A stretch of 26,128 nt of DNA from a virus. Lineage: Duplodnaviria; Heunggongvirae; Uroviricota; Caudoviricetes. This document shows positions 8,146 to 16,818 of the stretch, piece after piece (position 1 is the stretch's first letter; every line of letters starts with the position of its first letter). A program made the translations under genes and the position numbers. The stretch lies in IMG/VR virus record IMGVR_UViG_2713897073_000006. One strand, 5' to 3'. The notes under the pieces are model-generated. The model made no database searches and had not been told where the DNA came from. It worked only from the letters and a program-made list of their open reading frames with translations.

Positions 8146-8192
8146 TAAAATGTTCTAATCTCTATTGATTTCATGTCTTATGTGGTTTTTAA

Positions 8193-8207
8193 TTACCTAA
8201 GGGGTAA
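8193..8207. promoter_or_regulatory. Palindromic operator-like site TTACCtaaggGGTAA (site g)
   Basis: Perfect motif ending 4 nt before the ATG at 8211. It is 62 bp from site f, the same spacing as the a/b pair, with a TTGATT -35-like hexamer between them. Confidence 0.6.
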
Positions 8208-8210
8208 ATC

Positions 8211-8399
8211 ATGAGAAAACAGATACAGGCTCTTGGTCGACTCAAAACAGGCCAGATGAACAAAACAGAATCTGCGTATTGCCAGCACCTTGAGCTGCGT
8301 AAACGTGCAGGGGAAATCGCCTGGTATCGATTCACCATCAGTGCCTGCAACACCAGAAGTTCAGGCAGCACCACAGGAGCAGGATGCCGCCGTTGTTGA
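8211..8399 (+). CDS. Hypothetical small protein; possibly the N-terminal part of a frameshifted gp7.3-like gene
   Basis: ATG at 8211 with AAGGGG 6 nt upstream. Product MRKQIQALGRLKTGQMNKTESAYCQHLELRKRAGEIAWYRF... The +1 frame is open from 8260 and encodes the gp7.3-like C-terminus. Confidence 0.35.
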   Translation: MRKQIQALGRLKTGQMNKTESAYCQHLELRKRAGEIAWYRFTISACNTRSSGSTTGAGCRRC

Positions 8400-8523
8400 T
8401 GCCCGCGACGAAGAAACTCGTCGCCGTCGCGCTGCTGCTGGTCGTAGTTCTACGCTGCTTACCGGTTCTCAGGGCGACACATCAACCGCTAATACCAGCG
8501 GTAAAACGCTGCTTGGTCAGTAA
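8290..8523 (+). CDS. T7 gp7.3/gp6.7-like virion protein, C-terminal region (no convincing own start)
   Basis: C-terminal ...PEVQAAPQEQDAAVVDARDEETRRRRAAAGRSSTLLTGSQGDTSTANTSGKTLLGQ resembles the T7 gp7.3 C-terminus (VEVPQAAAQ...RKKARAGGKKSLSV...) from memory. Lies directly upstream of the portal, as in T7. The frame starts only at TTG/GTG codons without a ribosome-binding site. Confidence 0.45.
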   Translation: MSCVNVQGKSPGIDSPSVPATPEVQAAPQEQDAAVVDARDEETRRRRAAAGRSSTLLTGSQGDTSTANTSGKTLLGQ

Positions 8524-8537
8524 CCGGAGTCATTGAA

Positions 8538-10217
8538 ATGGCGGAAACAACTAAAGAGCGATTGAACAAACAGTTCGCACAACTTGAAAGCGAGCGTCAG
8601 TCGTTCGAGCCGCACTGGCGCGAGTTGAGTGATTACATCAACCCGCGTGGTTCCCGCTTTCTGACTTCTGAGGTCAACCGTAACGATCGACGCAATACAC
8701 GCATTATTGATTCGACCGGGACTATGGCGGCGCGCACTCTCGCCAGCGGCATGATGTCAGGCATCACAAGCCCCGCGCGTCCGTGGTTTCGCCTGGCTAC
8801 GCCAGATCCTGAAATGATGGATTATGGCCCTGTTAAGTTGTGGCTTGAGGCGGTGCAGAACCGCATGAACGATATGTTCAATAAGTCGAATCTCTATCAG
8901 TCGCTGCCGCAGTTATACGGAAGCCTCGGCACATACAGCACTGGCGCAATGGCGGTGCTGGAGGATGACGAGGACATCATTCGTACAATGCCATTCCCGA
9001 TAGGAAGTTACTACCTGGCTAACTCACCTCGTGGCAGTGTGGACACCTGTTTTCGCAAGTTCTCTATGACTGTTCGTCAGCTTGTTCAGGAGTTCGGGCT
9101 AAATAACGTCAGCGAATCCGTAAAAAGCATGTGGGAAAGCGGCACCTACGAGAAGTGGATTGACGTGATGCATTCGGTTTACCCGAACATTGACCGCGAT
9201 ACATCGAAGCTGGATAGCAAGAACAAGCCATTCAAATCGGTTTATTACGAGGTTGGTGGCGATAACGACAAGTTGTTGCGTGAGTCCGGATTTGATGAGT
9301 TTCCAATTATGGCTCCGCGCTGGGAAGTTAACGGCGAAGATGTTTATGGATCATCATGCCCGGGTATGCTGGCGCTTGGACCTGTTAAGGCATTGCAGCT
9401 TCTCCAGAAGCGCAAGTCGCAGTTGATTGATAAAGCCACCAATCCGCCGATGGTTGCTCCGACTTCCCTCAAGAATCAGCGTGCCTCCCTTCTTCCTGGC
9501 GACATCACGTATATCGATCAGATTACTGGTCAGGATGGTTTCAGGCCTGCTTATCTGGTTAACCCCAGTACAGCAGATTTGGTGGCAGACATTCAGGACA
9601 CTCGTCAAATCATTAACAGCGCCTACTTTGTCGATCTGTTCATGATGTTGCAGAACATCAATACCCGCTCGATGCCTGTTGAAGCGGTGATCGAAATGAA
9701 AGAAGAAAAACTTCTGATGTTGGGGCCGGTTCTGGAGCGTCTGAACGACGAATGTCTTAACCCTCTCATTGACCGCGCTTTCTCGATGATGGTGCGTAAA
9801 AACATGCTGCCGCCACCGCCTGACGCGATGGAAGGTATGCCCCTGAAGGTCGAATACATTTCCGTCATGGCTCAGGCGCAGAAGTCTATCGGCCTGTCCA
9901 GTCTGGCGTCCACGGTTAACTTCATTGGTCAACTTGCGCAAGCGAAACCAGAAGCTCTCGACAAACTCAACGTTGATCAGGCGATCGATGCATTCGCTGA
10001 TATGTCCGGAGTGTCTCCAACCGTCATTGTTCCGCAGGAACAGGTTGAGCAGGCTCGCCAGCAACGGGCACAGCAACAACAGCAGCAACAAATGATGGCG
10101 ATGGGGATGGCGGCGGCACAGGGTGCCAAGACGCTAAGCGAAGCTAAAACTTCGGATCCGAGTGTTTTGTCAGCTATGGCGAATGCAGTTAGTGGTCAGG
10201 GTGGGCAATCACAATGA
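8538..10217 (+). CDS. Portal (head-to-tail connector) protein, T7 gp8-like
   Basis: 559-aa ORF with GGAG ribosome-binding site. Overall architecture and the Gln-rich C-terminus (QQRAQQQQQQQMMAMGMAAAQGAK...) parallel the T7 gp8 C-terminus (QKQQKMAQQSMQMGMDNGAAALAQGMAAQ). Confidence 0.85.
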   Translation: MAETTKERLNKQFAQLESERQSFEPHWRELSDYINPRGSRFLTSEVNRNDRRNTRIIDSTGTMAARTLASGMMSGITSPARPWFRLATPDPEMMDYGPVKLWLEAVQNRMNDMFNKSNLYQSLPQLYGSLGTYSTGAMAVLEDDEDIIRTMPFPIGSYYLANSPRGSVDTCFRKFSMTVRQLVQEFGLNNVSESVKSMWESGTYEKWIDVMHSVYPNIDRDTSKLDSKNKPFKSVYYEVGGDNDKLLRESGFDEFPIMAPRWEVNGEDVYGSSCPGMLALGPVKALQLLQKRKSQLIDKATNPPMVAPTSLKNQRASLLPGDITYIDQITGQDGFRPAYLVNPSTADLVADIQDTRQIINSAYFVDLFMMLQNINTRSMPVEAVIEMKEEKLLMLGPVLERLNDECLNPLIDRAFSMMVRKNMLPPPPDAMEGMPLKVEYISVMAQAQKSIGLSSLASTVNFIGQLAQAKPEALDKLNVDQAIDAFADMSGVSPTVIVPQEQVEQARQQRAQQQQQQQMMAMGMAAAQGAKTLSEAKTSDPSVLSAMANAVSGQGGQSQ

Positions 10218-10510
10218 CAGATTACGAAGATGATCAACTGAAAGAAGAAAACGCCCGTAAGCAACGTGACATGGCACAGCGTGAAATTGATGACATTCGC
10301 TTTGTCATGAGCAGTGAACAGGGGCGTCGCGTTGTCTGGTCGGTGCTGGAGAAAGGCCGTGTGTTTTCCGCTATCTCACCGATGGACGCTATGGCAATGG
10401 CATTTAATGAGGGGCAACGCAATCTGGCGCTGGAACTGTTTCAGCGCGTTATGGCGCATTGCCCTGAACAGTATTTGAAGATGGCCAAAGAGGCCAGTGA
10501 ACAGGAGTGA
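10214..10510 (+). CDS. Hypothetical head-morphogenesis-associated protein (98 aa)
   Basis: ATG overlaps the portal stop (ATGA). Charged, helical-looking product MTDYEDDQLKEENARKQRDMAQREIDDIRF... between the portal and scaffold genes. Confidence 0.55.
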   Translation: MTDYEDDQLKEENARKQRDMAQREIDDIRFVMSSEQGRRVVWSVLEKGRVFSAISPMDAMAMAFNEGQRNLALELFQRVMAHCPEQYLKMAKEASEQE

Positions 10511-10512
10511 TC

Positions 10513-11208
10513 ATGAATTTATTTGAGCGTTTGCTGTATCGCCGTCTTTGCAATGAGCAACCAGTCGATGGTGGAGCAGCTCCGGCTGCGTCAGAACCGT
10601 CAGCGCCTGCAGGTGATAACCCTGCTCCAGTTGGTGATCCATCACAATCGGAAGGTGATAAGCCACAACCTGTTGCTGATGGCGATAAACCTGCTGATGA
10701 CAAAAAGCCTGAAAGCGATAAGCAGGGTGAAAAAAAGGACGGCGATAAACCGGATGGTGCGCCGGAGAAGTACGAGTTTCAGGCTGCCGAAGGCGTAGAG
10801 CTGGATACAGAAGCGTTAAAGGAATTCGAGCCGGTGGCGCGAGAACTAAACCTGACCAACGAGCAAGCGCAAAAGCTGGTTGATGCTTATCCGAAGATTC
10901 TGGCAGGTGTTCAGCAGCGCCAGGCAGAAGCCTGGCAGAAAACAACCGAGCAGTGGGCTGCGGATGTAAAAGCTGACAAAGAAATCGGTGGCGACAAGTT
11001 GATTTCTAACCTTAGCTCCGCACAGCGTGCGCTTGACCAGTTCGGGACACCTGAACTCAAAGAATATCTGAACACCACCGGGCTGGGTAATCACCCTGAT
11101 CTGGTCAAAACGTTCGTGAAAATCGGAAAGGCGATGTCTGAAGATGGCATGGTCACCGGTGGTAATGAAGGCCAGCGTAGTGCGGCCGAAGTGCTCTATG
11201 GCAAATAA
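10513..11208 (+). CDS. Putative scaffolding protein
   Basis: ATG at 10513 with AGGAG 5 nt upstream. N-terminal half is a low-complexity acidic, Pro/Lys-rich region (DGDKP repeats); C-terminal half looks helical. Assigned by position between portal and capsid. Confidence 0.55.
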   Translation: MNLFERLLYRRLCNEQPVDGGAAPAASEPSAPAGDNPAPVGDPSQSEGDKPQPVADGDKPADDKKPESDKQGEKKDGDKPDGAPEKYEFQAAEGVELDTEALKEFEPVARELNLTNEQAQKLVDAYPKILAGVQQRQAEAWQKTTEQWAADVKADKEIGGDKLISNLSSAQRALDQFGTPELKEYLNTTGLGNHPDLVKTFVKIGKAMSEDGMVTGGNEGQRSAAEVLYGK

Positions 11209-11222
11209 GAGAGGAGATAACA

Positions 11223-12209
11223 ATGGCTGTTAAAGGCTTAACTGCGCTAACGCTGGCTGACTGGGGTAAGCGCGTCGATCCAAATGGGAAAGTCGATAAG
11301 ATTATCGAGCTTCTCAATCAAACTAACCCAATTCTTCAGGATATGCCTTTTGTTGAAGGAAACCTTCCTACCGGACACCGAACCACCATTCGTTCTGGTT
11401 TACCTTCTGCTACCTGGCGTTTGCTGAACTATGGCGTACAGCCAAGCAAATCAACCACAGTGCAGGTCACCGATTCCATTGGCATGCTGGAAACCTATGC
11501 TGAAGTCGATAAGTCTCTGGCTGATCTGAACGGTAATACTGCCGAATTCCGTCTGTCTGAAGACCGAGCATTTATTGAAGCGATGAATCAGGCGATGGCG
11601 CAGACACTGTTTTACGGTGATTCCAGCGTTAACCCTCAGCAGTTTATGGGACTGTCCTCCCGCTATTCCAGCCTGTCTGCGGGTAATGCTCAGAACATCA
11701 TTGATGCTGGTGGCACGGGTACAGATAACACTTCAATCTGGTTAGTGGTGTGGGGCGAAAACACCGTGCATGGCATCTTCCCGAAAGGACAGAAGGCTGG
11801 CATTCAGATGGAAGATAAAGGCCAGGTGACACTGGAAGATGCTAATGGCGGCAAGTACGAAGGTTATCGTACCCATTATAAGTGGGACAACGGGCTGACA
11901 TTACGTGACTGGCGCTATGTAGTTCGTATCGCAAACATCGATGTCAGCAATCTTTCAGAACCTTCCTCTGCCGCAAATATTGCGAAGTTGATGGTTAAAG
12001 CACTGCATCGCATTCCAAACCGTGGCATGGGTCGCCCGGTGTTCTACATGAACCGCACTGTAGGCCAGGCTCTTGATCTGCAATCTCTGGAGAAAACATC
12101 TCTGGCTATCAGCGTAAAAGAGACTGAAGGCGAGTGGTGGACTTCATTCCGTGGTGTACCAATCCGTGAAACTGATGCGCTTCTGGAAACAGAAGCCCGC
12201 GTGGTGTAA
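11223..12209 (+). CDS. Major capsid protein
   Basis: 328-aa ORF with a strong GAGGAG ribosome-binding site, directly after the scaffold gene, as in podovirus head modules. Assigned by position and size, not by a recognised motif. Confidence 0.7.
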   Translation: MAVKGLTALTLADWGKRVDPNGKVDKIIELLNQTNPILQDMPFVEGNLPTGHRTTIRSGLPSATWRLLNYGVQPSKSTTVQVTDSIGMLETYAEVDKSLADLNGNTAEFRLSEDRAFIEAMNQAMAQTLFYGDSSVNPQQFMGLSSRYSSLSAGNAQNIIDAGGTGTDNTSIWLVVWGENTVHGIFPKGQKAGIQMEDKGQVTLEDANGGKYEGYRTHYKWDNGLTLRDWRYVVRIANIDVSNLSEPSSAANIAKLMVKALHRIPNRGMGRPVFYMNRTVGQALDLQSLEKTSLAISVKETEGEWWTSFRGVPIRETDALLETEARVV

Positions 12210-12260
12210 CGCCTGTTATTAACCTGTGGGTCGTAACAGACCCACTAATGGAGAAAGAAG

Positions 12261-12593
12261 ATGATCACCGACAAACTGTTGATGTTCTCCGAAGCACAGG
12301 CGGTAACTGATACCGCGGCTTCTACTGACGTAATCGATCTCGGTCCAATTGACGGAAACCGTCGCGATATCGGTGTGGGTTACCCGCTTGAGTTTTGGGT
12401 GCTGGTTAACGAAGCCGCCACGGCAAGTGGTGAGGCAACTGTAAACATCCAGTTGCAGACGAGTGAGAATAACAGCTCATGGTCCACTATTTATGATAGT
12501 GGCGCACTGGCAAAGGCTACCCTGACAGCAGGTACCCGCCGAAAGAGTTGCGTCGCTATGCGCATGACAACTGGCAACTGGTTGATGTGGTAA
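12261..12593 (+). CDS. Small virion protein (possible capsid decoration protein), or N-terminal part of a frameshifted structural gene
   Basis: 110-aa ORF with GGAGA ribosome-binding site immediately after the capsid gene. Its 3' end overlaps the next structural ORF, whose frame (-1) is open from 12500. Confidence 0.5.
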   Translation: MITDKLLMFSEAQAVTDTAASTDVIDLGPIDGNRRDIGVGYPLEFWVLVNEAATASGEATVNIQLQTSENNSSWSTIYDSGALAKATLTAGTRRKSCVAMRMTTGNWLMW

Positions 12594-14305
12594 CGAAGAA
12601 CGGACCATTTGAAGATATCAATATTGACGAGTCAGTGACGGTTTATGCCAGCGCCAGCACCGGGACAATTACGTTAACGGCAAGCGCCTCTATTTTTGGC
12701 GCGGAGCAGGTAGGCAAATTGTTCTATCTGGAACAGCCTGCAGTGGATTCAGTGCCGGTATGGGAAACCAGTAAGAGTACGTCGATTGGCGATATTCGCC
12801 GTGCAGACAGTAACTACTATCGCGCCGTTACAGCAGGCAAAACAGGTACTTTGCGCCCTTCGCATACAGAAGGCACATCATGGGATGGCTGGGGCGGATC
12901 CGGTGATGATGATACTGGCATTGAGTGGGAATATCTGCACAGTGGTTTTGGCATTGCCCGTATCACTGCTGCAAATGGAACTACTGCAACTGCCGAGGTG
13001 ATTTCCTATATCCCTTCGCAGGTAGTTGGCGAGGATAATGCCAGCTATAAATGGGCTAAATATGCCTGGAACAGTGTTAATGGTTATCCTGGCACTGTTG
13101 TTTATTATCAACAACGTCTTTACTTCGCCGCATCGACTGCGTTCCCTCAGACTATCTGGGCTAGCCGTACCGGGGATTATAAGGATTTTGGCAAAAGCAA
13201 TCCTACGCAGGATGACGACAGAATTATCTACACCTATGCCGGGCGTCAGGTTAATGAGATCCGCCACCTGATTGATGTCGGTTCGCTGGTGGCACTGACT
13301 TCCGGAGGTGAGTACGTCATCACCGGCGACCAGAACAAAGTGTTAACCCCATCATCATTTGCATTCAGCTCTCAGGGATCAAATGGCTCGAGCAATGTCC
13401 CACCAATTGCCGTGGCGAATATTGCTCTGTTCGTCCAGGAGAAAGGCAGTGTTGTCCGTGATCTGGCCTACTCATTCGATGTTGACGGCTATCAGGGGAA
13501 CGACCTGACCATCCTTGCCAATCATCTTTTTCAGAAGCACAGCATTGTTGACTGGTGCTTCTCTATTGTCCCTTACTCCAGCGCCTTCTGCATTCGTGAT
13601 GACGGTAAATTACTGGTGATGACCTATTTGCGTGATCAGCAGGTTTTTGCATGGGCACCACAATCCAGTACCGGAAAATATGAAAGCACATGCAGTATCA
13701 GCGAAGGAAATGAAGATGCGGTGTATTTCGTTGTTAACCGAACCGTTAACGGGCAAACAGTGAGATACATCGAGCGACTGTCCAGCCGTTTATTTACCAG
13801 CGATGAAGATGCTTTCTTTGTTGATTCTGGCCTTAGCTATGATGGAAGAAATACGTCTGACAGAACGATGACCATCACTGGTGGTTCTGGCGAATGGGAT
13901 TACCGCGCGGAATATACAATCAGTATTTCTGGTGGTGCGTACTTCACCAGTAGTGATGTCGGTGCGCAACTACAGTTCCCTTATACCGGCGCTGATTTAT
14001 CTACCGGTAACGCGCTGGATATATTTGGTGACACTGCTCAGTTTGGCGCTCTTGATTCGCTGACGACGGTGAATAACGCGCAACGCGAGGCTTACGGTTA
14101 TCAGGTTCAGGCTGCCAACTATAAAGCAGAAGCCAGTTCAGCCCGTAAACAGGGGAATGTGGGAGCAGCAACAACATTGCTCACTGCGCCTCTGAAGGCA
14201 TACGGTGCGTACCAGATGTTTGGTGGGACGTGGAGTCCGTTTACTCAAAGCACCCCTGCGCCAATCGGGGCAGCAGCAGGAACCAGATTACCCGGAGGAT
14301 TATAA
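12548..14305 (+). CDS. Virion structural protein (tail tube/hub-type candidate), start unresolved
   Basis: 585-aa Ser/Thr/Gly-rich ORF. The frame has no ATG near its 5' end (track start is TTG 12548 without a ribosome-binding site). Stop TAA overlaps the next ATG (TAATG). Confidence 0.6.
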   Translation: MRRYAHDNWQLVDVVTKNGPFEDINIDESVTVYASASTGTITLTASASIFGAEQVGKLFYLEQPAVDSVPVWETSKSTSIGDIRRADSNYYRAVTAGKTGTLRPSHTEGTSWDGWGGSGDDDTGIEWEYLHSGFGIARITAANGTTATAEVISYIPSQVVGEDNASYKWAKYAWNSVNGYPGTVVYYQQRLYFAASTAFPQTIWASRTGDYKDFGKSNPTQDDDRIIYTYAGRQVNEIRHLIDVGSLVALTSGGEYVITGDQNKVLTPSSFAFSSQGSNGSSNVPPIAVANIALFVQEKGSVVRDLAYSFDVDGYQGNDLTILANHLFQKHSIVDWCFSIVPYSSAFCIRDDGKLLVMTYLRDQQVFAWAPQSSTGKYESTCSISEGNEDAVYFVVNRTVNGQTVRYIERLSSRLFTSDEDAFFVDSGLSYDGRNTSDRTMTITGGSGEWDYRAEYTISISGGAYFTSSDVGAQLQFPYTGADLSTGNALDIFGDTAQFGALDSLTTVNNAQREAYGYQVQAANYKAEASSARKQGNVGAATTLLTAPLKAYGAYQMFGGTWSPFTQSTPAPIGAAAGTRLPGGL

Positions 14306-16818
14306 TGCCAGTCGTACCAACAGTATCCGGACGTCAGGTTGAGAGTCGTGGAGTTCAGTCAGCAGGCTTGCAGACGTTTTCTCAGCAAGGTATTGGTGAT
14401 GCTTTTGTTCGGGCAGGGACAGAGGCAATTGATGTTTTGGGGCAGGCAAAACAGCGTGCCAATATCGCTCTGGCTCAGGAGGCATCTCTTAACCTCAGTC
14501 AGATAAGAAGCGATCTGCTGAATAATCCTGAAACAGGATTGCTTAACCTGAAAGGGAAAAATGCTATTGGAAAAGGCCATGAGTATACGCAGCAGTTTGA
14601 TGCTCAGGTCGAACAACTGGCTATGTCGCTGCCGGATGAACAGGCTCGTAATGCTTTCATGCAGCAGGCGCAGCAGCAGCGCATTCAGTTCACTACGCAG
14701 GCCGGGCGACACGAGATAGGGCAAATTAATGCCTACGAAGAAGGCCAGTTTCAGGCGACACTGCTGAACAATGGTAAAAATGCCGCAGCATTGTATGGCG
14801 ACAACGCCGCATACGTATTGGCTAACAAGCAAACTTTCCAGCAAATTGAGGAGTACGGTGTTGCACATGGCTGGAGCAACGAGCAAATCCAGGCCAAGAA
14901 AATCGAGTTTAAAGAGAAGGTTGCTGATGCTGCATTGTCCCAGTGGTCGGCAAACAATGCGACCGCATTCATCCAAAGTAATGGCGAGTTAAGTGATACT
15001 GCTGCTGGAGCTCGCCGTGCTGTAGCAGATAGTGACTCTTCCGAGCGTGCCCGTGGCATACGCAACAATAACCCAGGAAATCTCGAATACAGCAAAACTA
15101 ATCCGTGGGTAGGCCAGACCGGTGATGATGGTCGATTTGCTAAATTCGAAACACCTGAACACGGGATTCGTGCATTAGGGCGGAACCTGATGTCGTATCA
15201 GAGGCAGGGTATTGATACCGTCAGCGAGATAATTAATCGCTGGGCACCGCCTGCTGATAAAAATGACACTATGTCGTATATCAAAGCAGTGTGCGAACAA
15301 CTTGGCGTTTCTGCTGATGAGCCTCTCGATGCATCTAATCCTGATACCCTGAAGGCGCTTTGTGCAGCCATTATCCATCATGAGAACGGTAGCCAGCCAT
15401 ACAGTGATCAGCAGTTAACTGCTGGTGTCAGTGCAGCACTTGGTTTATCAACAATTCCAACCAACACCAAACGCTATACCGGTAATGCAGCATTCGATGC
15501 GGCATCTCCTGAGGCGCAGGCAAGTTTTATGCGACAGGCGGATCAACTGCGTCGGCAGCAGCAGGCTGAATATAAAACGATGATTGACAGCCAGGTTCGC
15601 GATGCGACAGCTGCGTATATGCGTGGCGTTGAATTTCCTAACCCACCTGGTGAGGCTGATTTTATTGCAGCTTATGGCGTCAGAGAAGGAAACCTGCGAT
15701 ATACCGAGTTCAGAAATACGCAGATCGCCGGACAGTATATAGGCTCTTTCCGCAATATGCCGACAAGCAGCATTACAGCATATGTTGAGCAATTACGCCC
15801 GGATACTGGTGAGACAGGGGAGGGGTATGCGGCACGCGCAGCTCTTTATGACAACGTTGTTTCGGCTGCAAATCAGGTGATAAAGCAGCGGCAGTCGGAT
15901 CCTGTGCAGTTCTCTCTTTCCTCCGGACAGGCAAAGCCTATCGACATGAGCAATAAGGATAACTTTGGACAGAGCGTTGCCTTGCGTGCTGCTCAGGTCA
16001 GTGACCTTGCTAAGTCATATGGCACTCCACTGACGTTCTTTTCCAAAGACGAGGCCAATCAAATCGGTGTTTTCTTTCGTGATGCGCCCGTTTCCCAACA
16101 GGCTGCATATCTCGATACCATCAGGCAAAGCACTGGTGGTGGGCAGGTGTATATGTCAGCACTACAGCAGATCAGTGCCAACGCTCCATCTGCTGCCGTT
16201 GCCGGGATACTGATGGATAAGCCTGGTGGTATTTTGGCAGAAAAAAACTGGTTTAATCCGGATGTTTCCGTGTCTCCTGAAACCGCTGCGCAGACAATTC
16301 TTGCTGGCGCTGCGGCTCGTAAAGGTACTGATGATGCGAAAGGTATTCCGATGCCTAAAGATGCTGATCTTCGCCTTGAGTTTTCTGACATGGTGAAGGA
16401 TGCATTTGCTGGTGACGCTCATGGGGCATCAATGGCATACGAGATCGCAAAGGATTATTACGCTGGTGTGATGGCGAAAAAAGGCGTGGTATCAGGAGAA
16501 ATTGACAATGATGTCTGGAAACAGGCTGTTAACGTAGCTACAGGTGGCGTGCATGACTATAACGGAATGGGGAATGTCCTTTTGCCGTGGGGAATGTCTG
16601 CAGAGCAATTCGATAAGCAGGTTAATCAGGCTTGGAATGAACAAGTTGTCGGCTCCGGGATAAAAACACCGCCTGGTCAGTATGGTTTGCAAAGTTACGG
16701 CGATAGTCAGTACCTGGTGAAACTTGGCGCTGGTTATCTGCTGAAAGATGATGGTTCTCCCGTTGTTCTTAATCTGACACAGAAGCGTCAGAGATTCTCC
16801 GGAGATATTCCGCAATGA
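14305..16818 (+). CDS. Internal virion / ejection protein (about 837 aa)
   Basis: ATG at 14305 with GGAGG 7 nt upstream (the track's earlier start at 14230 lacks this). Gln/Ala-rich large protein with a central segment RGIRNNNPGNLEYSKTNPWVGQTGDDGRFAKFETPEHGIRALGRNL. Position matches podovirus core proteins. Confidence 0.7.
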   Translation: MPVVPTVSGRQVESRGVQSAGLQTFSQQGIGDAFVRAGTEAIDVLGQAKQRANIALAQEASLNLSQIRSDLLNNPETGLLNLKGKNAIGKGHEYTQQFDAQVEQLAMSLPDEQARNAFMQQAQQQRIQFTTQAGRHEIGQINAYEEGQFQATLLNNGKNAAALYGDNAAYVLANKQTFQQIEEYGVAHGWSNEQIQAKKIEFKEKVADAALSQWSANNATAFIQSNGELSDTAAGARRAVADSDSSERARGIRNNNPGNLEYSKTNPWVGQTGDDGRFAKFETPEHGIRALGRNLMSYQRQGIDTVSEIINRWAPPADKNDTMSYIKAVCEQLGVSADEPLDASNPDTLKALCAAIIHHENGSQPYSDQQLTAGVSAALGLSTIPTNTKRYTGNAAFDAASPEAQASFMRQADQLRRQQQAEYKTMIDSQVRDATAAYMRGVEFPNPPGEADFIAAYGVREGNLRYTEFRNTQIAGQYIGSFRNMPTSSITAYVEQLRPDTGETGEGYAARAALYDNVVSAANQVIKQRQSDPVQFSLSSGQAKPIDMSNKDNFGQSVALRAAQVSDLAKSYGTPLTFFSKDEANQIGVFFRDAPVSQQAAYLDTIRQSTGGGQVYMSALQQISANAPSAAVAGILMDKPGGILAEKNWFNPDVSVSPETAAQTILAGAAARKGTDDAKGIPMPKDADLRLEFSDMVKDAFAGDAHGASMAYEIAKDYYAGVMAKKGVVSGEIDNDVWKQAVNVATGGVHDYNGMGNVLLPWGMSAEQFDKQVNQAWNEQVVGSGIKTPPGQYGLQSYGDSQYLVKLGAGYLLKDDGSPVVLNLTQKRQRFSGDIPQ

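Noticed and set aside
8131-8152. Tiny ORF (ATG at 8150, two codons) following operator site f
   Set aside because: Too short to be a gene; the apparent Shine-Dalgarno sequence is just the GGTAA half of the operator.
9354-10091. 245-aa minus-strand ORF inside the portal gene, and similar antisense ORFs inside other large genes (for example 14359..14976, 17365..17841, 18315..18830, 19648..20109, 7725..8174)
   Set aside because: They lie fully within well-supported genes on the opposite strand or in an alternate frame, lack ribosome-binding sites, and have low-complexity products typical of shadow ORFs.
10550-10760. Short DNA repeats (ggcgataaacc and related) in the 5' half of the scaffold-like gene
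   Set aside because: They encode a low-complexity DGDKP-rich protein region; there is no evidence of a regulatory or mobile-element role.
12226-12246. Hairpin GTGGGTC-gtaacag-ACCCAC between the capsid and the next gene as a terminator
   Set aside because: There is no T-run after the stem. It may modulate read-through or mRNA stability, but it cannot be called a terminator from sequence alone.
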